From contig JANVYQ010000003.1 of assembly GCA_030059675.1 (NCBI GenBank), forward strand, positions 96,001-160,000: a stretch of DNA of 64,000 bases, in the 5' to 3' direction. Source of the DNA: Candidatus Pelearchaeum maunauluense (GTDB lineage: Archaea > Thermoproteota > Nitrososphaeria_A > Caldarchaeales > Caldarchaeaceae). The notes beneath the pieces are model-generated. The model did no database searches. It was not told where the DNA came from and worked only from the letters and a program-made list of their open reading frames with translations. A program made the position numbers and the translations under genes. Positions 38,229 through 47,785 of the stretch are shown piece by piece (the stretch's first letter is position 1; the number at the start of each line of letters is the position of its first letter).

Positions 38229-40478
38229 TTGGGAATGGAGCGATATCTATGGATAGCCGCCGCGTTTGGACTCATAATTAGACTCGCCCTAGCCCCCTTC
38301 TTCGGCCATGCGTGGGATATGTATATCTGGATAGTCAGCGGAGAGCTGGTAGTAAATGAAGGAGTGAATATCTATCAGCTAAAAGATTTAACAGATTTCC
38401 CATGGGGGTTCTACGCATACCCGCCTGCATGGCTCTACTGGCTGAGCCTAGCAGCCTGGTTAAACACATTCTTCAATAATCTTAACATCTACGTAATGAT
38501 AATAAAGCTACCAATCATACTTGCCGATGTTGCTATAGCCTTTATACTATATAGGATAAGTAGGATACTAAGCCTTCCAGAGCGTTGGTCTCGTTTAGCA
38601 CCGCTCATATGGCTCCTCAATCCCGTGACAATATTCATAACCGCTGTCTGGGGGATGTTTGACTCCCTAGCGGTGTTGACCACGATGGCCGCGCTTTACT
38701 ACGCTCTCATAGGGCGTGAAAGGAGGACTGGGATTCTCCTAGGCCTAGGTACGGCTATCAAACTCTATCCGGCGCTCCTCATAATACCAGTATCAGCATA
38801 TCTGCTCAAAGTGAAAAAAGCAAAGCCAGCCCGCGTCTTCTACGACATAACTCTACTAGCAACAATAACAGGGGTAGCGCTAAGCCTACCCTACCTAATC
38901 GACCCCCTCTCATTCATAAGTAAATTACTATACCACTTCAGGAATGTGGGTCAATTTACTTACTGGACGGGAATATCAATAATAATGAACCCCATCTTCA
39001 TCACTATAATATCCAACACAGCATTCGTGGCGCTTTTCATCATAGCATTAACCAAAATGTTAAGGCTAAACACAAACAACAGCATGAAGCTTATCAACTT
39101 AATTACCATATCGCTGCTCGTTTTTCTATCTGTTTCATCCAAGGTAAATGTTCAATATACTCTTTGGGTATTGCCTTTCCTTCTCCTCATCATGCCCACC
39201 ATGAATAGCCGTGAGGCTCGGATAAACTTCTACCTCCTAATAGTTGCTGCGATTATGTTCATTACAGCAACGATACTCATACCAGGAATGTATAGTCTAT
39301 CAAATCTAGGAACGCTCTCGCTGGGCTACGAGCAGCAGACAAGCGGGTTCATAGGCCCTCTCCTTATTACGTCAGCCCTTCTGGGTGGAACGAGATACGT
39401 CGGCCTCATGCTGGAATTCCTCTCCGTAAAGCTAAGAAACATATGGAACATAAACCGCCTATCCATAATCACGCTCCTCATAATATTCGCACTCTTCCTA
39501 AGCCTCTTCCCAACAGGAAGGGGAGTTGAACTGCCCTACCTAGATGTCCGTGTGGCTGTTCCAGAGAGCGTAGAATCCATATTCGGACTCCAAGAAGGCT
39601 TTGACATAGACTCCTTCACCATGCTCTACAACGTAACCCACATAGTAATACCCATGGGGCCTGATGTAGTCAATACCTATGTTAGGGGGAACTATGACAT
39701 GGATGTCTCGCGGAACTTTAGGTTCAGGCTTGGGATAGACTCATGGAGCCTCGCAGACCTCAAAAATCTAGTTGATACGCTCCACGCCAGGGGGTATAGG
39801 GTTCTTCTGGGAATATACCTACGCTCATATTATCACTCAATGTACTTCGGGATACAGGGATATAACTCAACATGGCTTGTAGCGTCGTATGGAAAACTAG
39901 CAGACCAGATGGGGAACATCTACTTCCAAGAAAGTATGCAAATAGAAGGACGGAACATAACCTATGCCGAGTTCTTCGCAGCGAAGTCCCGCGAATTGAT
40001 AAGCGACCTTAGGTTTGATGGAGTTTATCTCATGGGAGTCAATTGGCAGTCTGGTTATAGGGTTTGGGAGAGCGTCAAGACGCTGGTCAACGCAATGAAT
40101 AAAGAGGGAATTACTGTTTTTGTAGAGATAGACCCACTCAGCGTTGATGAGAATTATCTGTCAAACGTCTCCCTTGCTGCCGATTTTATGGTAGTTAAAA
40201 CCGACCCATGGGTTAGGAATCTAAGAAACGCCTTGATAGGCAACTTTACTGTTGAGCAGTTTAAGGAGATGTTGGAGTATGTTGTTGAGGTCTCTGGGAG
40301 TGGTAAGGCTCGCGTGCTTTTTGGAATCTATGCTATTGACTTCACCGAGGGGTGGCTTACGCCCGCGGTTGAGCTTCAAGTTCAGGTTAATGAGTTCGCC
40401 TCTGTAAATGGGGTTTATGGATACGCGATATACCACACAAACAGATTCCTCCCATATAGGATAACAGTAACACGTTAG
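38229..40478 (+). CDS. GT-C fold membrane glycosyltransferase (GT87/PIG-M-like) fused to a large extracytoplasmic domain
   Basis: GH.WD, YAYPP, KLP.I.AD, WLLNP, WGMFD, K.YP, QY..W..P in the TM half; soluble C-terminal half. Confidence 0.75.
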   Translation: MGMERYLWIAAAFGLIIRLALAPFFGHAWDMYIWIVSGELVVNEGVNIYQLKDLTDFPWGFYAYPPAWLYWLSLAAWLNTFFNNLNIYVMIIKLPIILADVAIAFILYRISRILSLPERWSRLAPLIWLLNPVTIFITAVWGMFDSLAVLTTMAALYYALIGRERRTGILLGLGTAIKLYPALLIIPVSAYLLKVKKAKPARVFYDITLLATITGVALSLPYLIDPLSFISKLLYHFRNVGQFTYWTGISIIMNPIFITIISNTAFVALFIIALTKMLRLNTNNSMKLINLITISLLVFLSVSSKVNVQYTLWVLPFLLLIMPTMNSREARINFYLLIVAAIMFITATILIPGMYSLSNLGTLSLGYEQQTSGFIGPLLITSALLGGTRYVGLMLEFLSVKLRNIWNINRLSIITLLIIFALFLSLFPTGRGVELPYLDVRVAVPESVESIFGLQEGFDIDSFTMLYNVTHIVIPMGPDVVNTYVRGNYDMDVSRNFRFRLGIDSWSLADLKNLVDTLHARGYRVLLGIYLRSYYHSMYFGIQGYNSTWLVASYGKLADQMGNIYFQESMQIEGRNITYAEFFAAKSRELISDLRFDGVYLMGVNWQSGYRVWESVKTLVNAMNKEGITVFVEIDPLSVDENYLSNVSLAADFMVVKTDPWVRNLRNALIGNFTVEQFKEMLEYVVEVSGSGKARVLFGIYAIDFTEGWLTPAVELQVQVNEFASVNGVYGYAIYHTNRFLPYRITVTR

Positions 40479-40934
40479 CTACTCTTCGGGTATTCTGCGC
40501 CATTTGGGGACTTGCGGATATGCGCGGCCATCACGGCCCATGACCCCAGTTCCCATGCAGAAACCATGATACCTCGCTACTACAAACTTTCCTGATGTTT
40601 TTTGTCTAGCCTCCACTGGGGCAGCCATCATCCAGCGTACAGCGTCATCTCTATCAAGCTCTAGCGTGTTCTTTAGCTGTTGGCATAGGTAGTGGCTCCC
40701 TTCTATTGAGAGAGTCAATCCCCATTTTCTATACTTGGCAACATAGAGGCCTATGCTATCAACTTTCTTCAGAATGCTTGCTAGCTGGAGTGTCTCAGGT
40801 GTAGTAGCCCTCACGCGCCCCTCGCCTGATATTATCAGTTCATAGCTGCTGAAGAAATCAGATACCCCATAAGTTCTGTTGGCTTCGTGCTCTATCTGCC
40901 GCCTAAGCTCGCCATCTACCCGTCTAATCTTCAC
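40479..40934 (-). CDS. NIP7/PUA-like partner of RsmB/NOP methyltransferase
   Basis: GLY..K, LSIEG, A.RWM.., G.G, ..PKWRR; coupled to the methyltransferase gene. Confidence 0.7.
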   Translation of the reverse strand: MKIRRVDGELRRQIEHEANRTYGVSDFFSSYELIISGEGRVRATTPETLQLASILKKVDSIGLYVAKYRKWGLTLSIEGSHYLCQQLKNTLELDRDDAVRWMMAAPVEARQKTSGKFVVARYHGFCMGTGVMGRDGRAYPQVPKWRRIPEE

Positions 40935-41923
40935 TAAGCCTCACCATGGTCTTGTTTTACTATTTTGGCGAAGAAGAACCCCTCAGCCCCGCTATCGTAT
41001 GGGTATATCCTAATGCATCTACCAATGTCTGGATGGAATGTTATGCCCCTCCACTCCTCCACTGGCTTTGTTGTTTTTATCCCCTCGACGTTTATGTTTT
41101 CCAGCTTTGCGTTTTCGCGCTTCTCCAATAGCTCAGAAACCACTGCCTCATTCTCAAGCGGGTGCAGCGTGCATGTGGAGTAAATCATCTTACCGCCTGG
41201 TTTTAGGGCGTCAAATCCCGACAAAAGCAACCCTAGCTGTAGTCGGCTTATCCTCTCACTTATCCTCTCGCTCCAACGTCTAGCCACGCCCCAGTCCTTG
41301 GATATTATGCCCAGCGAGCTGCACGGCGCGTCTACCAACACTCTATCAAACGTGGATGGATAGCGTTTTCCGAAGATTCTCCCATCGCGTAATGTTATGA
41401 TGGAGTTTATGACGCCGAACTTCTGCATGTTGGATGCGAGTGCTTTAACTCTATCGACAGATATGTCGTTGGCCACTATGACCCCACTCGCTTGCAGGAG
41501 CTGTGCTATGTGTGTTGATTTACTTCCAGGAGCTGCGCAGAGGTCTAGCACATGGTTTCCAGGCTCCACATCCAGCAGTTCGGCGGCAAGCATAGATACT
41601 GGACCCTGGAAATATACAAGGCCTAGCATGTGCCAGATACTCTCGGCTAAGTTTTCTTCACCAGAAACGTAATACCCATAATGGGTCCATGGAATCTTTT
41701 CAAGCAGGTAGCCATCTTCGCGGAGAAGTGATAAGCATTTCTCCATGTTGGTTTTGAGTGTGTTTATGCGGATTGAGGATGGGAGAGGCCTACTGTAAGC
41801 ATCTATTAGTGAATTCAAGTCTATGTCGGGTAGCTCACGGAGAAATGCTAAGAGCTGTTCTGATAATGTTATTCTACGCTGCTCCAACGCTATTTGAACA
41901 CCTCTCCAGTTTTGAGCGACCAC
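40934..41923 (-). CDS. RsmB/NOP2 family RNA m5C methyltransferase
   Basis: RINTLK, DLCAAPGSKS, DAPCS, YSTCT..P.ENE. Confidence 0.92.
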   Translation of the reverse strand: MVAQNWRGVQIALEQRRITLSEQLLAFLRELPDIDLNSLIDAYSRPLPSSIRINTLKTNMEKCLSLLREDGYLLEKIPWTHYGYYVSGEENLAESIWHMLGLVYFQGPVSMLAAELLDVEPGNHVLDLCAAPGSKSTHIAQLLQASGVIVANDISVDRVKALASNMQKFGVINSIITLRDGRIFGKRYPSTFDRVLVDAPCSSLGIISKDWGVARRWSERISERISRLQLGLLLSGFDALKPGGKMIYSTCTLHPLENEAVVSELLEKRENAKLENINVEGIKTTKPVEEWRGITFHPDIGRCIRIYPYDSGAEGFFFAKIVKQDHGEA

Positions 41924-42528
41924 ATCACTAGGTCAAGTGAATCGGATGGAATACCTAGCTTATGCGCGGTCTTCATGAAAATACTCTCCAGCTCAAGATA
42001 ACGCTTCTTACTTATGCTCCGCGGAATCTCGCGTATAGCCCCCAATTCAAGTAGGTTACGTAGTATGTGTCTATCTATTATGGCCAGCTTGCTGTAGCCT
42101 ATGTTTCTTAGGAAATGGCTGGCCTCTTTCATACCTAGTCCCCTTATGGAGCTTACGAGAAGCTCTCTCGCTTCATAGGCGTTTAACGGGTTGTTTAAGA
42201 TTATTTTCCGTATCTCTCCTATTTTTTCACGGGCCAGAATTATGTTATGAGCCTTTGTCCTGTGGAATCTAACACCAGCCTCTCTCAGGGCGCGTGAAAT
42301 CTCTTCCTCACCACCATTCCTGAGTAAGCCCGTCTCTTTGAGGTGGGTTATCGCCCTATCCGCAGCCCTCGCCCTAGTCTGCGGAGTACATATACAGAAA
42401 CAAAGCTCCGCAAATATCTCCCATATATCCTGATTCCTAACACGCTTAAACGCGTTAAGCCTGGCAATAATCTCGCCACGCTTGGCTGTATACGCTCTAC
42501 GTATCTCTTCTGCTTTTCTCTTATTCAT
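41890..42528 (-). CDS. ogg: 8-oxoguanine DNA glycosylase/AP lyase (OGG2)
   Basis: ELCFCI.T, GLGMKEASHFLRN.G, AIIDRH, C-terminal TGEVFK. Confidence 0.92.
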   Translation of the reverse strand: MNKRKAEEIRRAYTAKRGEIIARLNAFKRVRNQDIWEIFAELCFCICTPQTRARAADRAITHLKETGLLRNGGEEEISRALREAGVRFHRTKAHNIILAREKIGEIRKIILNNPLNAYEARELLVSSIRGLGMKEASHFLRNIGYSKLAIIDRHILRNLLELGAIREIPRSISKKRYLELESIFMKTAHKLGIPSDSLDLVMWSLKTGEVFK

Positions 42529-42545
42529 CCACCGTTTAAGGTAGC

Positions 42546-44000
42546 TTAATGCCTATTTATGGTCTTGAAGAAAAGCCTGGTCTGGCCTAATGTCTGAAGC
42601 TCGCTCTCACGCACACTTAGGACTACTGGTATGTCAGATACCATCCTACCCACGAGGAGGCAGTGACGCGGAGGAAGGCCGCGTCCTAGGCTTTTAACAG
42701 ACTCGCCATCTATCCTAGAAGCGCGGGCAATCCTCTCAAGGTCCGACTCATTAGCGAAGTTGAAGAGGAAGAAGTTGTCAGCCTGCCTATACACCGATTC
42801 GGGAATAGTATCTGGCTGGTTGGTGACGAAGATTGGGAATAAGCCGAGGTGGCGCATCCGCGTTACGATGTCTTCCCAGTAGGTCTCTCTAAGGTATAGG
42901 TGTGCCTCCTCAGCCAGTAGGAAGAGCGGCGTTATAGCTTCCTGGCGTAGCATGTTGGAGAGGCTACTCAGCAGATACTCAACCACAAGCCTTCGTGTCG
43001 TCGGGAGCAGGTTAAGGAGATTCACCACAACTAGATTACCGCCGGGCTTGGGCTGGAGAAGGTCCCGCAGTTCTGTAGGCTCCCTATCATCAACAACAAA
43101 CCCGCTTGCCTCAATTGAGTTGATGCGCGAAACTAGAGCTTCTCGTACAGACTCATTCATAGATATTCTAGATAGAGTTTGGATTAGTGTGTTAAGGGTA
43201 ACTTCTCCCTCCCCCCGCTCAACTATGTGCCACACCCGTGAAAACTCTCTACAACTCGTGGGCGGGGTTTGGTAAACATGCTCCAGCACATCCATGAAGC
43301 AGCGCAGCCCCATCATGCTGGGCGAGGTAGTGAAATTAACACCAGGCTCAAGAACTGTCATGCTCCCTGCTAATACGCTAAGCCCTCCATCTTTTCTCCT
43401 ACCCAAGTGGATATACTCCCCATTAACATCTAAAACAAGCACGGTAGCTCCATTAGTTACCAGCCCCTCTACCAGCAGCTTAGCCATATGCGATTTACCG
43501 CTCTCCTTCTTCCCAGTTATTATGGTGAGCTGTCCGTCTAGAGATTCTACTGGAATATGGAACGGGTGTCCACCGACTTTTCCGAGCAGGATTAGCCGCT
43601 CACCCTCTTGCCGCGAGATTATATGGAAATACTCCCTGCCTATTCTCTCTATATCAGCCGAGAACCTGTTGGGAAGCCACGCGCTGTTAGTAAGTAGCTT
43701 GCCATCCAATACTACGCCCCTTATCTTGGCTGTTACCAGCCTTATCTCACGTATCAAGAGGCTTAGCGAGGTTATGTTATAGGGGTCAAAGAGTTTCTTG
43801 CCATTAGCCTCTTCGGCTGATATGTCCCGCATTATGTCTTCGGCGACTCCTGGAACGTCTGCGTAGCAGACGTCTATCACCTGCAAGAGTAGCGCCAGCT
43901 CTCCGTCGCGCGCCACTAGGTAGTCGCCTATGCTGAAGTCTATCTCATCAGGCTTGCAGAGTATCTCCAGCGTATCCTTATGCTTCTGAAGTATTCTCAT
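42546..44000 (-). CDS. herA: HerA/FtsK-family ATPase (DUF87)
   Basis: N-terminal HAS-like region, ITGKKESGKS, LDVNGEY, EEAH, R.RH.G, VTNQP. Confidence 0.8.
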   Translation of the reverse strand: MRILQKHKDTLEILCKPDEIDFSIGDYLVARDGELALLLQVIDVCYADVPGVAEDIMRDISAEEANGKKLFDPYNITSLSLLIREIRLVTAKIRGVVLDGKLLTNSAWLPNRFSADIERIGREYFHIISRQEGERLILLGKVGGHPFHIPVESLDGQLTIITGKKESGKSHMAKLLVEGLVTNGATVLVLDVNGEYIHLGRRKDGGLSVLAGSMTVLEPGVNFTTSPSMMGLRCFMDVLEHVYQTPPTSCREFSRVWHIVERGEGEVTLNTLIQTLSRISMNESVREALVSRINSIEASGFVVDDREPTELRDLLQPKPGGNLVVVNLLNLLPTTRRLVVEYLLSSLSNMLRQEAITPLFLLAEEAHLYLRETYWEDIVTRMRHLGLFPIFVTNQPDTIPESVYRQADNFFLFNFANESDLERIARASRIDGESVKSLGRGLPPRHCLLVGRMVSDIPVVLSVRESELQTLGQTRLFFKTINRH

Positions 44001-44009
44001 ATCCCACGC

Positions 44010-45056
44010 TCAGCTCGCATCAAGCGGTGAGAAGAGAGCCTGCCTCACGTCGGGTATGTTAATTATCCTAGAGCCAGTGAGGTTTTCCAAACCTACTTGC
44101 AACCCAAGTATATCGGTCTTGTTGAAGGTGGCGTATTGGTGGGCTAGGATTAGTGTTTCTGGATAGCCGTAAACTAGGCTATCGCTGGCTAGTAGGTCTT
44201 CAACCGCTCTATACGGCTCATCACAATCCCGCGCTGCTACATCAACCCTATATGGGAACAAGCATCGGGAGAGATGCGCCACATATATCTCGCCTAGCTG
44301 ATAATGTCCAGGTCTGAGCCTAAGAGCGTCCTTGAAGCATACTAGATAGGGCGGCTTACTGCCATTAAGCAGGTTTGTTATCTTAACACCCATGTATCGT
44401 AGTTTGCTGGACTTGGCGAAGGCAACAACTCCTATACCGTTCTGCTGCGCCACCTGTATAACCATTCGTACAGCTCTGAGTGGGCTATCTATGGGCCCAG
44501 CGGTCAGTGAGCCGTCTATTAGTAGGATTCCCCCATCAAGCTGTGAAGCTGCGTAGAGCTGTAGCATCTTCTCAAAGAGGCTGGCCACGACGCTATGCGC
44601 CATTTCCAGCCTAGGCGTTGCATGGCCTTGTAAGCCGAGGGAGCTTGTGAGTGTCTTCATGATTAGGGGTAGGGTTTGTTTGGAGAGTTGGTAGATGATG
44701 GGGCCGAATATCTCAAGCTCCACCGTGCTTAGAACACGTTTTACAACCACGCCGCGCAGCGCCCAGATGCTTCCATTCACGCCTTCAGCTAGCTTGACTG
44801 TTGAGGTATCAACCGCTATTACGCGGCGCGGCTCCTCAGATACCTTGAGAGGTATCGGCTTAAGCCCATCAAGACTTAGGTGAGGCTCCAGCTCCTCTTC
44901 TTCGGGCTCAATCAACGTTTCTGGGGCTATTAACTCGCCCCCACCAAGCCCACCAGCCATAGCTGGGCTGAGCCGCGAAAATGCTTTAAGGAGCTGTTCA
45001 AGTTGATTATGATGGTATGGTTGGTGGGCAAGTTGGGTTTGCATCATCAGCCCCAC
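44010..45056 (-). CDS. nurA: NurA-family nuclease
   Basis: IAVDTS, LIDGSL, AFAK.SK, YRVD, GYPE.L..AH. Confidence 0.8.
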   Translation of the reverse strand: MGLMMQTQLAHQPYHHNQLEQLLKAFSRLSPAMAGGLGGGELIAPETLIEPEEEELEPHLSLDGLKPIPLKVSEEPRRVIAVDTSTVKLAEGVNGSIWALRGVVVKRVLSTVELEIFGPIIYQLSKQTLPLIMKTLTSSLGLQGHATPRLEMAHSVVASLFEKMLQLYAASQLDGGILLIDGSLTAGPIDSPLRAVRMVIQVAQQNGIGVVAFAKSSKLRYMGVKITNLLNGSKPPYLVCFKDALRLRPGHYQLGEIYVAHLSRCLFPYRVDVAARDCDEPYRAVEDLLASDSLVYGYPETLILAHQYATFNKTDILGLQVGLENLTGSRIINIPDVRQALFSPLDAS

Positions 45057-45120
45057 TCTCCTGGCTTATTGGTGGTATTGTATTGAATATAAATGTTGTG
45101 CATGATGGTCAAGATTTAAC

Positions 45121-45552
45121 ATGAACAGCACAATAAAAGTAAGAATAACCATAGGAAACACCACCGTAGAGGTGGAAGCACCGCCAGACCAGTTAGAAGA
45201 AGCTGTGAGAAATGTGGTCGCAGCCATCAAGGCTGCTGGAATAGCCGCGCAGAGCGAGCAGCCCCAGCTTATTCCAGAGAGAAAAGAACAACGAGCCGTG
45301 ACTTGCAGGCGTATTGTTGAAGAGCTCCTCGGCGAGGGTTGGTTCTCAAAGCCTAGAAGCCTGGGCGAGGTTGCATCGGAGCTGGCGCGCCGCGGTTTTA
45401 GCTACGACAGGACAGCTATAGCGCATGTCTTGCTAGACATGGTTAGAGAGGGGCTTATGAGACGCGAGGGGGAGGCTAGGAGCTATCTCTACATAGAGTC
45501 CAGCCGTGAGAAAAACACACAGCACGACACTCAGGGCACAGCTTTGGAGTGA
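45121..45552 (+). CDS. Hypothetical protein: N-terminal beta-hairpin/helix module plus C-terminal winged helix
   Basis: KVRITIG...VEVE; EGWFS.PRSL.EV..EL..RG....TAI...L..MVREG...REG...Y.Y. Confidence 0.8.
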   Translation: MNSTIKVRITIGNTTVEVEAPPDQLEEAVRNVVAAIKAAGIAAQSEQPQLIPERKEQRAVTCRRIVEELLGEGWFSKPRSLGEVASELARRGFSYDRTAIAHVLLDMVREGLMRREGEARSYLYIESSREKNTQHDTQGTALE

Positions 45553-46025
45553 AGCTCCACAAGAGATTTCAAGCCTAAAGTCGTTATTGTGTAGTCGCCC
45601 CTATCAAGCCTCCTGATAAGCCCCTTCTGCAAAAGCTCGCTCAGCCTTCCTGAAATCGTCTTCTCAGGCTTCCCTATTGCTGCCTGTATCTCAGAAGCCG
45701 ACGCCGTGGGGCTGTCTTTCAGACCAAGCGCGTGCTCAATATAGCGCTTGGCTAGGAAGAGGACGACCGCGTCAGCCGTGGGAAGGGAGCTGAGCGGCTT
45801 CAGGAAGAAGACTCCCTCATCAGGATTGTATGATATTAAGCTGGAGAGACGGTCAAGCAGCTCCTGTAGGTCTGTAGAGTAGGTTATCCGCGATGCTAGG
45901 GAGTATGAGGGTATGTTCTTCTCTAGGAATCTTATCACGCTAGCGTAGACCTCTGCTGGATTACCTTCAAACTCTGCCCGTAGGTCTTTATAGCTTATGC
46001 TCACGCGCAACTTATCCTCTGCCAT
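45531..46025 (-). CDS. Hypothetical winged-helix protein
   Basis: AEFEGNP..V; C-terminal SASEI...IGK..KTISGRLSEL..KG.I.R..RG.Y.ITT.G; ATG at 46025 (track start 46040). Confidence 0.8.
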   Translation of the reverse strand: MAEDKLRVSISYKDLRAEFEGNPAEVYASVIRFLEKNIPSYSLASRITYSTDLQELLDRLSSLISYNPDEGVFFLKPLSSLPTADAVVLFLAKRYIEHALGLKDSPTASASEIQAAIGKPEKTISGRLSELLQKGLIRRLDRGDYTITTLGLKSLVELHSKAVP

Positions 46026-46026
46026 C

Positions 46027-46488
46027 TCACTTCTCCTCAATTAGCTTCATAAGCGCCGCCGTAAAGACATATCTCCCCTCATCAACTCGGCGGACAAGCC
46101 CAGCCTTCCACATCTCGCCCAGCCTGTTGGCAGCGTTCTTCTCGCTCAGCCGCGTGGCCGAGGCGACCTGCTTGGGGGTCATAGCATCACTCTCAAGCAA
46201 GCCTAGCCTATGACCGACAAAAGCGCCAGCAAGACAGAGCGCTATCTTCCGCTTGGTCTCGGTGTCCTCCAACACAGAAACATTACCACCCTCAACCAAC
46301 ACACGGCCAGCTATCCTCTCAGCCAAGCTAGTAACGTCATGCGCTCCTGTAAGACGTTGTAAAAGATTGACAGGACCTAGAACCTCTGAGAAGTATCTAT
46401 TTACGCTTCTCCAGACTGTCTCATAGTCGCCTGAGAACTCCGCCACCGTGTCGCCGTGCTTAATATGGACTGTGATGTTCTCCACCAT
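46027..46488 (-). CDS. Hypothetical winged-helix protein, paralogue of the adjacent gene
   Basis: AEFSGD...V; C-terminal K.AANRLGEM.K.G.V.R..EG.Y. Confidence 0.8.
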   Translation of the reverse strand: MVENITVHIKHGDTVAEFSGDYETVWRSVNRYFSEVLGPVNLLQRLTGAHDVTSLAERIAGRVLVEGGNVSVLEDTETKRKIALCLAGAFVGHRLGLLESDAMTPKQVASATRLSEKNAANRLGEMWKAGLVRRVDEGRYVFTAALMKLIEEK

Positions 46489-46578
46489 ATTCCAGCATCC
46501 CCTGCCTGAATGCTGCTAATCAAAAGACCTAAAGCCCCGAGTTAAGTTTATAGGCAGCAAAACACATCAACCCCAGCT

Positions 46579-46851
46579 ATGAACCGCGACCAAGCGCTGG
46601 GTGTAATAATACTCCTCGCCAGTATAGCTGGGATACTAATATATGGATGGATAGTCTTCCTCACGGAATTCTGGCAAATCATACTCAAGCTCACAGCATT
46701 CGTAGCAGTAGCGGGAATACTTGGAATACTAGCATGGATAGGCTACACGCTGGCAACAACACCACCACCCAAACCAATAGAAGAGATTGAAAAGGAACTA
46801 GAAGAAGAACTAAAGAAAACAGAGCAACAACAAGAAAAACAAGAACAATAA
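46579..46851 (+). CDS. Conserved small 2-TM archaeal membrane protein
   Basis: Two TM helices followed by AWIGYTLATTPPPKPIEEIEKE. Confidence 0.8.
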   Translation: MNRDQALGVIILLASIAGILIYGWIVFLTEFWQIILKLTAFVAVAGILGILAWIGYTLATTPPPKPIEEIEKELEEELKKTEQQQEKQEQ

Positions 46852-46908
46852 CCACAATAAGGTATTAACTTTACAATCCTATAAATTAGGGCGTTGTGCA
46901 AGAAGGAT

Positions 46909-47350
46909 TCATCTAAGCCTGTGAATCATAATTAAGAAATAAATAATGCCTACTGCAATAATGAAGCCTGAAGCTGGAGTAAAAGCTACATCAATATTAA
47001 AAACACCATTCATCGTGAATCCTACTATTCTCTAGATGTTACCAACTGATATCAGGTATGCGGGCGTTATGCTAAGCCCCCTGTAAGGCATGCGGCGTGA
47101 TAAGAGTCCTGGCATTAAGATTGGGGCGTAAGCCGTTATTATATGCGCTATGAAGCCGACTGCTAATGCGTGTATAAACGCATCTCTAAAAGCTAGGTAG
47201 AGTCTTGGCATGAACGGCATCAGCATGCCAAAGATAAGCGAGGCCATAAGCCAAGCAAAGGCAAGTCTAGAAACAGACGCGAAGTATAGATACCTAGTTC
47301 TGTCCCTCTCGTTCATGACTTGGAATTGACGAGACGACGTATCAATCCTC
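46909..47350 (-). pseudogene. 5'-truncated membrane-protein remnant (NnrS-like C-terminus) with an internal amber stop
   Basis: DAFIHALAVGFI...I.AYAP...P; frame continues after TAG at 47032-47034 (GNI*RIVG...MIHRLR*) to stop at 46909. Confidence 0.6.
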
Positions 47351-47503
47351 TGATCCTACACCTTTGTTAATCTTTTTGGCTGTTTTATGCGCATCGATAA
47401 TATTCCAAATCCATACAATAAGGTACATGGGTATTCCAATAATGCCGAGAATCAAAAGTGCAAAAATAATTGCTAGTGCCAAGAAAAGAACGAGGAGGTT
47501 GAC
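47342..47503 (-). pseudogene. C-terminal fragment of a TM2-domain-like membrane protein
   Basis: Manual translation ...LGIIGIPMYLIVWIWNIIDAHKTAKKINKG...*; N-terminus absent. Confidence 0.5.
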
Positions 47504-47506
47504 TGA

Positions 47507-47785
47507 ATGTTTAGTAAGGCTGAGAGGGATTATCTTTACTCACTTAAAAGCGGTAAAACACGTAAATGGAGTAAGAAATATGAGGAGATCCTAAGGTACA
47601 GAATAAGGAAGAAAGTCAAGATGGCACTTAAGGATCTCGAACTAGCTTTGGACATGATAGGACAGGATTCACTACTAAAAGCAGTAGAGCTACTACAGAA
47701 AATTGTAGAACTCCATGGGAACAGCGAGTTTATAGCGCGGCTTTACGAAAAGAAGGGGCTGCAAATGGGCGCTAGGAGAGGTTTA
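47507..47785 (+). CDS. Small basic hypothetical protein of possible mobile-element origin; frame runs on through the antisense tRNA to 47965
   Basis: GGAGG SD, MFSKAERDYL...LRYRIRKKV..ALKDLEL; true 3' end uncertain. Confidence 0.5.

Noticed and set aside
46800-46860. CAA/GAA-rich stretch as a tandem repeat or CRISPR remnant
   Set aside because: Encodes the Glu/Gln/Lys-rich tail of a protein; no regularly spaced repeats were seen here or elsewhere in the window.
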